Shown piece by piece: positions 56,989 to 64,000 of a DNA stretch of 64,000 nucleotides; the first letter of the stretch is position 1, and each line of letters opens with the position of its first letter. Source of the DNA: Candidatus Gottesmanbacteria bacterium (GTDB lineage Bacteria; Patescibacteriota; Microgenomatia; UBA10105; UBA927); the NCBI GenBank assembly GCA_963701185.1, contig OY969569.1:795548-859547 (forward strand), in the 5' to 3' direction. The notes below the pieces were generated by a model that ran no database searches, was not told where the DNA came from, and worked only from the letters and a program-made list of their open reading frames with translations. The position numbers and the translations under genes were made by a program.

Positions 56989-58695
56989 ATGAGAAAAATA
57001 TTCCTCATGTGCATGCTTCTAGTTGTGTATTTTTTTGCCGCCCCATATGTGTCTGCACAGGAGTGTAATGCGTCAAATATTTCGTCGATGAATTTATTAG
57101 CGCTCACAGACTTGGGCAATAAATGTCAGGAAGCGCTCAATAGTCTTCAAAATGCGCTGAAGCCGAATGTTGACCAACTGAACAAAATGAATGCCGCAAT
57201 TGCGGCATTTGAAGCTCGCATCAAAACCATCGAAGTAGACGTGGCGGTAAAAACACAGGAGATTGCCGTCGGGGAAAAAGAGCTTGAAGCATCATTAACC
57301 CTGGCCGGTGAACGGATACGCCAGTTTTACATGCGAAGTTATACATTAAACCCCATGTATTTACTTCTTTCCTCCACAAATATCGGTTCGGCGCTTCGCA
57401 TCATGGGGTATCAGCAGGCGGCAGTCAATGAAGACAAAAAAATCATTACTCAGATTGCCCTTACGGTGAAAGATCTGGAAGATAAAAAGAAGGCACTCGA
57501 GGATGAAAAAGCCACACTTGCCGCACTGAAAGAAGATACGGATAAGAGAGCCGCGTCGGTACGCAAATTGGTCGCTGAAGCGACTGCATATGAGAATAAA
57601 TTGCAGGGTGTAATCTCGGCCGTGACTGCCGCGCAACAGGCAATATTGAACGCCCGTAGCGGCACGTTTACCACGAGTCTCGGAGATGTCCCATTGGCTG
57701 ATGATCCCAACGCTGCACCCAATTACAATCCGGGATTTTCTCCTGCGTTTGCCGGTTTTTCGTTCGGCGCGTATACACACAAGAAAGGCATGAGTCAGTA
57801 TGGAGCTAAGGGTAGAGCGGAAAAAGGTCAAGATGCCAACCAGATTTTACAGGCATATTATGGAAAAACTTCTGTTAATAAGGATACCGGGGGTGACATC
57901 AGCGTTTCCGGTTTCGGTAACATGAATTTTGAAGATCGGTATCTTATGGGAATTGCGGAAATGCCATCCAGTTTCCCGAAAGAAGCACTTCGGGCTCAAG
58001 CCGTTGCCGCCCGATCGTATGCATACCGATATAAGACGCAGGGGCAAACAATTTGTACCACACAGGCCTGTCAGGTATTTTCCAGTTCCAAGGCGGATAA
58101 TCCGCCGGGAGAATGGAGAGATGCGGTCCAAAGCACGAGAGGACAGGTGATTGAAGACGTGGTGACCTATTATTCTTCAACCACCGGGGGGTACTTGCTT
58201 ACCATGGGGTGGGACACGACGTGCGGCGGACAGGGATGTTGGACCAGCGGCGCCTATGAGAGCATTGCCGGCTCCCCGTGGTTTTATAAAGGGTGGTACA
58301 CATCAGATTATTATAATAATTCAGCAAAATGCAGCAGAAATAGTCCATGGCTGACGGCTGATGAATTCGCGGATATTTTAAACGCATGGCGTGTGCTTAA
58401 TAGCGGCGGAGACTCTTCGCGTGTGTTACCCGTAACACTGAATAGTTGTTCAATTTCCGGAGCCTCTGGAAACCCATTTTCTATGGCAGAGATGCGCACA
58501 GAAGCGGACAGTCACGGAGGCGCGTTTACAAGTATTTCTTCCGTTTCGGTGACATATAGTACGGAGGGGTATACCAATGCTGTGGTTGTGAACGGTCAAT
58601 CGATTCCGGGGGATCAATTTAAACAGGCGTTTAATTTACGGGCTCCCGGCTATATTTCAATCAGAAGTTCACTTTATAATATCGAGAAAAAATAG
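56989..58695 (+). CDS. Secreted coiled-coil plus SpoIID/LytB-domain peptidoglycan hydrolase
   Basis: Signal peptide, long coiled coil, HKKGMSQYGA, AEMPSSF.EALRAQAVAARSYA and ICTTQACQV. Confidence 0.85.
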   Translation: MRKIFLMCMLLVVYFFAAPYVSAQECNASNISSMNLLALTDLGNKCQEALNSLQNALKPNVDQLNKMNAAIAAFEARIKTIEVDVAVKTQEIAVGEKELEASLTLAGERIRQFYMRSYTLNPMYLLLSSTNIGSALRIMGYQQAAVNEDKKIITQIALTVKDLEDKKKALEDEKATLAALKEDTDKRAASVRKLVAEATAYENKLQGVISAVTAAQQAILNARSGTFTTSLGDVPLADDPNAAPNYNPGFSPAFAGFSFGAYTHKKGMSQYGAKGRAEKGQDANQILQAYYGKTSVNKDTGGDISVSGFGNMNFEDRYLMGIAEMPSSFPKEALRAQAVAARSYAYRYKTQGQTICTTQACQVFSSSKADNPPGEWRDAVQSTRGQVIEDVVTYYSSTTGGYLLTMGWDTTCGGQGCWTSGAYESIAGSPWFYKGWYTSDYYNNSAKCSRNSPWLTADEFADILNAWRVLNSGGDSSRVLPVTLNSCSISGASGNPFSMAEMRTEADSHGGAFTSISSVSVTYSTEGYTNAVVVNGQSIPGDQFKQAFNLRAPGYISIRSSLYNIEKK

Positions 58696-58707
58696 TACAA
58701 TAGAGCC

Positions 58708-59313
58708 GTGCAGAAAGACAGACATTTTTCTCCCACATCACAGCCGCCGACCGCGATGCATCCCTTGACCGCATTTGCCGTCAACCCCATGTCGCTGCGG
58801 TTTGAAACCCAGGAAGAGGCGGAAAAAGTCATTCTTTTTTTACGGCAGCATTTCATCGTCAACGTGCCGTGGATTTTGGTTGCCATTGTGCTGGTTATCG
58901 CTCCGACCGTCATTTTTCCCATCTTATTCCGCGTGTTAAGTCTCAATATGGCGTTTCCCGCCTCCTATTATGTCGTCGGTACGATGTTTTGGTACCTTGC
59001 GACGTTTGGTTTTACCCTGGCAAGCTTTATCGGCTGGTTTTTTAACATTTATATCGTGACGAACGAACGGATTGTGGACATCGACTTTTTCTATTTGTTA
59101 TATAAAAAATTTGCGCAGGCGGAACTGACGAAAATTCAGGATATTAATTACACGAGCGGAGGGATAGTCGCGGCACTGTTTAACTACGGCAATGTAACAG
59201 TAGAAACCGCGGGAGAAGCGCCCAACATTATCTTTGAGGCAATCCCGTTTCCGGAAAAAGTCGTGGAAACGATTCGGGAGTTAACTGAACACGAGGAAAG
59301 GGAGCCTGTATGA
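58708..59313 (+). CDS. PH-domain (bPH_2-like) membrane protein
   Basis: Two TM helices, then YIVTNERIVD..KIQDI..NYGNVTVETAG. Confidence 0.8.
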   Translation: MQKDRHFSPTSQPPTAMHPLTAFAVNPMSLRFETQEEAEKVILFLRQHFIVNVPWILVAIVLVIAPTVIFPILFRVLSLNMAFPASYYVVGTMFWYLATFGFTLASFIGWFFNIYIVTNERIVDIDFFYLLYKKFAQAELTKIQDINYTSGGIVAALFNYGNVTVETAGEAPNIIFEAIPFPEKVVETIRELTEHEEREPV

Positions 59314-59531
59314 CGCCGGTCGCTATTCCATCGTATGTTCTTTTGACCATAAAAATTTTCAGCATTGTGGGACTCCTTGTCTATACCGTGTTTGCCAGCG
59401 TTCTTGTTCGCCAGGAACAGCTCATGGCCCATGTATTGGAAGAACAATTTCAGCCGATTATACGGCTGCTTGTACTTGTGCACCTGATTGCGACGGTCGT
59501 TCTTCTCCTGTTGACGATTATTCTTCTCTAG
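59310..59531 (+). CDS. Small two-TM protein (DUF5657-like)
   Basis: LLVYTVFASVLVRQEQLM pattern; ATGA overlap with the upstream gene. Confidence 0.65.
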   Translation: MTPVAIPSYVLLTIKIFSIVGLLVYTVFASVLVRQEQLMAHVLEEQFQPIIRLLVLVHLIATVVLLLLTIILL

Positions 59532-59548
59532 CGTGCTAAGATAAAGAT

Positions 59549-61312
59549 ATGCACGTAAAGCCTTTAGTAGGATCCGTGGTGGGACCCACAAGCGTCACCC
59601 ATTGGGCGCAAATACTTCAACTGCCGACGGCCTACGGCGTTGTGGAGGCGGCATATCCGGACGGAGCCGCAAGAGCGGTAGGAATCCATATATTGAGCTC
59701 GCTCAGTCACCAATTGACTGATGGTCCTGTCAGTCTCAAAGCTATTAGCCGGATTGTTGAAGCTGAGATAAAAGACGGGGTGCGTACCATTTTGGTTGCG
59801 GTACCCGTTGGAAACGTTCTCTATATTGTCCTTCGGGGTACAGGCGACGTGTATCTGAAGCGTGGAAGCGAGTTTGCCCGGCTTCTTACTGGTGCGGGGG
59901 AAATTTCCGGTGAAGTGAAGGTTGGCGATACACTCCTTCTGACGTCGGCGGAATTTTCCAAAGCACTGCATCAGGATGAACTCACACACGTATTTGATCA
60001 TCTGCCGCCGGCGGAGGTCGCTGAGCGTTTGACGCTTCTTTTGCATGAGAAAGAATACGGGGAAGGGAGCGCCGCAGTGATTCTGCAGATTAACGATCTG
60101 TATGAGGCAGAGGTTCCGGAAACGAAAGTTCATGAACCGTCAGTCCCGCGGCACTACCTATCGCCGTCATACATAAAATCTGCTATTCGAAGAGTCCGAT
60201 CACATCCCAAAAAAGCAACGGCGATATTGACCATCGTTTTGATCGCGGTTTTCGGCGTGAGTGTTTTGTTGGGTGTGTGGAAACAGTCAACACGGGTGAA
60301 GAATCAATCCGTTATCAATACGCTCAACGATGCGCGGCATGCGCTGGATGAGGGGATTGCCCTTGCCTCACTCAATCCGGTGAAAGGCCGTGAGCGGCTG
60401 GTCACAGCAAAACAGTTATTGGAGCCACTGCGGACCTCCGTCTCTGCGCGAAGTGACGAAGGGGTGCAGGTTGCCAATCTTTACCGTCAGATCACGGACA
60501 ATCTTACGCAGGCCATGCAGATATATGCGGTGAAACCGGAGCTGTTTTTCGACGCGGGACTCGTGAAGAAAGACGGGAAGATATCATCCGTCGGATTTGA
60601 AGGTACCACCATGGGCATCACGGATCAGATAACCAAGACCGTATATTCGCTCGACGTGACCAGTAAAAATTCCCAGGTTCTTGGCGGAGGGCCGACGTAC
60701 GAAGGGCTTTCGTTCGTTGCGATTCACGGAACTGACATATATGTGTTAACGGATTCGGGGATTAATCAGGTTCAGCTGACGGATAAGCAAACGGCGGTAA
60801 ATGTTGTGAAAAAAGATCCGGAGTGGGGAACAATCAGCGCACTTGTTTCATTTGGGGGGAACCTATATATATTGGATACGCAAAAAAGCCGCATCTGGAA
60901 ATATGTGGCGACTGATACCGGATTTTCCGACACCCGTGAATACCTCAATTCCGATACGCTTCCGGATCTAGGCCGCGCAACCAGTATGGCCATTGACGGA
61001 TCGGTCTGGATCGGCTCTGCGGACGGAAAAATTATGAAATTTACCCAGGGGAAATCTGACACATTTACCCCCAAAGGCGTTGACCCTGCATTCGGGGAAA
61101 ATTTGACCGTCTACACCAGCGATACGACGACTAATTTGTACGTCCTGGACGGGCAAAACAAGCGTGTCGTCGTTTTGGATAAAGATGGGACATATCTTGC
61201 CCAGTATGCGTGGCAGGAAAATATTATTCCCACACAACTTGCCGTATCGGAAAGTCAGAAAAAGATATATCTTCTAGCCTCCGGCCAGCTCTACGCAATC
61301 GGTTTGAAATAG
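59549..61312 (+). CDS. Membrane protein: degenerate PP2C-like N-domain, TM helix, extracellular beta-propeller (NHL-like)
   Basis: GDTLLLTS, TM helix, GNLYILD..RIWKY, AIDGSVWI and LYVLDGQNKRVVV. Confidence 0.7.
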   Translation: MHVKPLVGSVVGPTSVTHWAQILQLPTAYGVVEAAYPDGAARAVGIHILSSLSHQLTDGPVSLKAISRIVEAEIKDGVRTILVAVPVGNVLYIVLRGTGDVYLKRGSEFARLLTGAGEISGEVKVGDTLLLTSAEFSKALHQDELTHVFDHLPPAEVAERLTLLLHEKEYGEGSAAVILQINDLYEAEVPETKVHEPSVPRHYLSPSYIKSAIRRVRSHPKKATAILTIVLIAVFGVSVLLGVWKQSTRVKNQSVINTLNDARHALDEGIALASLNPVKGRERLVTAKQLLEPLRTSVSARSDEGVQVANLYRQITDNLTQAMQIYAVKPELFFDAGLVKKDGKISSVGFEGTTMGITDQITKTVYSLDVTSKNSQVLGGGPTYEGLSFVAIHGTDIYVLTDSGINQVQLTDKQTAVNVVKKDPEWGTISALVSFGGNLYILDTQKSRIWKYVATDTGFSDTREYLNSDTLPDLGRATSMAIDGSVWIGSADGKIMKFTQGKSDTFTPKGVDPAFGENLTVYTSDTTTNLYVLDGQNKRVVVLDKDGTYLAQYAWQENIIPTQLAVSESQKKIYLLASGQLYAIGLK

Positions 61313-61327
61313 CGTAAAATAGGGCCA

Positions 61328-61771
61328 ATGAAGATTTTCAATAAGAAAGCCACGTTTGAATATGAGATCCTGGAACGATTTGAGGCCGGGGTTGCTTTGA
61401 CGGGCGCAGAGGTGAAATCCATAAAAGGAGGCCACGCACAGCTGACGGGATCGTTTGTGCGGATTATCGGCTCGGAAGCATACGTGGTTAATGCTCAGGT
61501 ATATCCGTATACCTATGCGCGTCCTGAGGGGTATGACCCGAAGCGGACCAGGAAGCTCCTTTTGCACAAGGCAGAGCTAATCCGCCTGAAAAGCAAGCTG
61601 GAAGGGGCCAATTTGACCTTGATACCCCTCTCTTGGTATACTAAAGGCCCTCTTGTGAAGCTCGAAATAGGACTTGCGCGCGGCAAAAAGCAGTACGAAA
61701 AGCGTGAAGCCAAACGCAGGGAGGACCAAAAAATAGAACTTGAACGGGAATTTAGGGGGAAAGTAAAGTAA
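61328..61771 (+). CDS. smpB: SsrA-binding protein
   Basis: NKKATFEY, EAGVALTGAEVKS, RTRKLLLHK and ARGKKQYEKRE. Confidence 0.97.
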   Translation: MKIFNKKATFEYEILERFEAGVALTGAEVKSIKGGHAQLTGSFVRIIGSEAYVVNAQVYPYTYARPEGYDPKRTRKLLLHKAELIRLKSKLEGANLTLIPLSWYTKGPLVKLEIGLARGKKQYEKREAKRREDQKIELEREFRGKVK

Positions 61772-61772
61772 T

Positions 61773-62182
61773 GGGGATGATTGACTCGACGAGAGATTGT
61801 ACATTAACAACTGCAAGCCGGCGATGATAAAAGAGCCGTAAAACTTTATTAAAATTTATCTGCTGATATTTCAGACAGAAAACAGTCACTCCGCGAAGAA
61901 CTCGCATCACTGCGAGCCTATTTCGGTATGACTCCTCGACAGTTCGCGTTCGCGTGAACTGATTAAGGCGTTTCGCGATAATTTTGTCCGGTGGATTGCG
62001 CGAGGCGGAAACTCAGCCGGAACGTCAGGAATCAATCGACCAGTTGGTTCCGGAGAAATAATTGGTCAAAACCCCGCTTTCATTTTTGTCCGTTTCTATG
62101 AATGCGGGAAATCAAATGGACTACGCTTGTAGACGTTGACGATGTATGCTTTCGGACCCGGGCTCAATACCCGGCATCTCCA
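61773..62182 (+). ncRNA. ssrA: tmRNA
   Basis: 5' GGGGATG pairs with 3' CATCTCC-A (G3.U70); T arm CCGGG-CTCAATA-CCCGG; tag ORF 61862-61957 ends in FAFA; immediately after smpB. Confidence 0.92.
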
Positions 62183-62276
62183 CACTCCGCTCTCGACTTT
62201 CAATCGGAGCTTCGTGTGGCACGGCCACATTCGATGTTGTTTGATGAAAAATAAAACTGGTATAATGTAATAAATT

Positions 62277-62504
62277 ATGCCAAGTCGTTATCGCTTCGAG
62301 GCTATCTTCCTTGTTGATTCAGCAGGTGGAACCATCACTCCGAAATATAATGTCGTTATCAATGGCATGAGATTTAATCAAGGCTCAACGATAGCACGTC
62401 TTACTTCGTTTGGAGGATTAAATTTATTTAACTATGTTGGTAGGCCTCTTGCCGGGACATGGGATCCAGTTAATCGAGTTCTAACAATATTAGGATTTTA
62501 TTAA
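62277..62504 (+). CDS. Small hypothetical protein (AT-rich)
   Basis: 75-aa ORF downstream of TGGTATAAT. Confidence 0.6.
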   Translation: MPSRYRFEAIFLVDSAGGTITPKYNVVINGMRFNQGSTIARLTSFGGLNLFNYVGRPLAGTWDPVNRVLTILGFY

Positions 62505-62506
62505 AT

Positions 62507-62881
62507 ATGGGTGGAGGACAAATCGCACTAGATCCAAATGCCGTGCCTCAACCAGAGGAGAAGAAGGCTCCTGTGGGGTTTGATCCAGCTTCGCTGCTAA
62601 GTCGGTTAGATTCACTCGAAAAAGGACACAAATTATTAAACAATACCATAGATTTTGTAAAGGGAACCAATCAATTTGTTCTTGCGGTATTATTTATGGG
62701 TTTTATTGCGATGTTGGCGTCATTTATATCTGGCGTTATTCAAGCAACGAATTCTAATTCGGCGACGCAGATTGAATTTATTAAATCCTTAGATAGTTTA
62801 TCTACTGAAATGAAGAGTTTATCCAAAGAAATTAATGCAATTAAACCAACAAGTACGCCAACTCAGATAGTACCCCAATAA
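62507..62881 (+). CDS. Single-TM coiled-coil hypothetical protein (AT-rich)
   Basis: 124-aa ORF starting 2 bp after the previous stop. Confidence 0.6.
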   Translation: MGGGQIALDPNAVPQPEEKKAPVGFDPASLLSRLDSLEKGHKLLNNTIDFVKGTNQFVLAVLFMGFIAMLASFISGVIQATNSNSATQIEFIKSLDSLSTEMKSLSKEINAIKPTSTPTQIVPQ

Positions 62882-62940
62882 TAAGATTCAACCCATAATA
62901 TCTGTTTTTTCTGTACTATGAATATAGGAGGAGATTTTTT

Positions 62941-63591
62941 GTGCAAATTTTAGATATTATTTTTCCCAAGCGTTGCGTCGGGTGCGGCCGTATCGGAAAA
63001 TATTTTTGTGTGGCGTGCCGGGCGAAAATTCGAATTATTCATTCCAATGAGCGCATATGTCCCACGTGCGGAAGGCTTGCGCTTGACGGGATTACCCACC
63101 CGTACTGCCGGACACGATATGGAATTGACGGACTCACCAGTTTTTTCCATTACGAAGGTGTGGTGCAAAAGGCAATCAAAGCGATTAAATACCGTATGGT
63201 TTCCGATGTAGCAGAAGAGTTTGTGAGCCTACTTTCAATCCCCGAATTTAAAAATTATGTATTGATTCCCATTCCGCTTCATTCCAAAAGATACAGAGAG
63301 CGGGGATTTAATCAGGCAGAGGTATTCGGAAACTTGATTGCTAAACGGTTGAATATAACAGCGCGAACTGATATTCTTCGGCGGACCCGTGCGACCGTGC
63401 CGCAGGCGGAAATTAAAGAAAAAAACAAACGGCTGGACAATATGAAAAACAGTTTTGTGAGCAGTAAGATACGGGGCAATATTGTACTTTTTGATGATGT
63501 AACGACGACAGGAGCAACGCTGCGGAATGCCGCGGACGCACTCAAACGTGCAGGAGCACACCATGTATGGGCAATGACCATCGCACACTAA
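62941..63591 (+). CDS. comF: ComF family amidophosphoribosyltransferase-like competence protein
   Basis: Double zinc ribbon, PIPLH..RGFNQA and LFDDVTTTGATL. Confidence 0.92.
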   Translation: MQILDIIFPKRCVGCGRIGKYFCVACRAKIRIIHSNERICPTCGRLALDGITHPYCRTRYGIDGLTSFFHYEGVVQKAIKAIKYRMVSDVAEEFVSLLSIPEFKNYVLIPIPLHSKRYRERGFNQAEVFGNLIAKRLNITARTDILRRTRATVPQAEIKEKNKRLDNMKNSFVSSKIRGNIVLFDDVTTTGATLRNAADALKRAGAHHVWAMTIAH

Positions 63592-64000
63592 TATTCGGAA
63601 ACGGTTTCCTTCATCCGCAATTTCTCCGCGACATTCGGGAGGGGGATTGCATTATCGGCGTTGATAGGGCGGCGTATTGGTTGCTTTCACAAAGCATTAC
63701 GCCTGATATTGCTATTGGAGACTTCGATTCCGTACGTATAGAAGAATTAAAGCTCATAAAAAAATCCATCCGGTCGGTCAAACAGTATCCTTCAAAAAAA
63801 GATAAAACAGATATGGAGCTGGCTTTGTCATACGCCCGCGGGCAGACGTTTATCTACGGGTGGTCAGGGACGCGGCTGGATCATACGTTTGCAACACTGC
63901 ACATGATGAAACATCACATATTAATAGATGACCATAACAGAATCCGTCTTATAGGCCGCGGTAAGACGGTTGTAGAAAAAGCGTCCTATAGATATGTTTC
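63567..64000 (+). CDS. thiN: Thiamine pyrophosphokinase (partial, runs off the window)
   Basis: Manual translation MGNDHRTLIFGNG..IIGVDRAA..PDIAIGDFDS..KDKTDMELAL. Confidence 0.85.
   Translation, partial: MGNDHRTLIFGNGFLHPQFLRDIREGDCIIGVDRAAYWLLSQSITPDIAIGDFDSVRIEELKLIKKSIRSVKQYPSKKDKTDMELALSYARGQTFIYGWSGTRLDHTFATLHMMKHHILIDDHNRIRLIGRGKTVVEKASYRYV

Noticed and set aside
1-64000. CRISPR array, rRNA, prophage or IS transposase
   Set aside because: No regularly spaced repeat-spacer array and no recognisable cas, rRNA, phage or transposase sequence.
1-64000. Long antisense or shadow ORFs (e.g. 3653-4468, 29167-30045, 34448-35170, 44716-45432)
   Set aside because: They overlap well-supported genes on the opposite strand and have no motifs.
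1-64000. Alternative genetic code (TGA=Gly as in Gracilibacteria)
   Set aside because: TGA ends conserved genes at the expected positions (dnaN, uppS, rnpA).

Overview
This 64-kb window contains the chromosomal replication origin of a Patescibacteria (CPR) bacterium, most likely Microgenomates. The assignment is inferred from gene content: DUF4012, DUF5652, DUF5674 and DUF5657-type genes, a PrgI/VirB4/pilin locus and an archaeal-type mevalonate upper pathway. Core genes include tRNA(CAT), a Xer-like recombinase, valS, efp-epmA, nth, rplY, jag-yidC-yidD-rnpA-rpmH, dnaA-oriC-dnaN, nadD-nadE, smpB-tmRNA, comF and thiN. The accessory content is: (i) about 8.5 kb inserted between rpmH and dnaA, carrying a highly divergent SecA paralog opposite mosaic Cys/Pro-Thr-rich surface-protein genes; (ii) a dispersed T4SS-like locus (PrgI, VirB4, M23 peptidase, VirB6-like) with eight VirB2/TrbC-like pilins, most with ultrashort 'xxAQ' leaders and one with tandem knottin-like modules; (iii) an ECF-sigma-headed mevalonate-to-UppS operon that splits the pilin array, with a zinc-ribbon-less DUF35, a PMK-IDI fusion and a shattered mevalonate kinase; and (iv) several families of tiny DNA repeats inserted in-frame into coding genes. 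Many genes look leaderless. All family calls come from motif recognition by eye; no searches were run.
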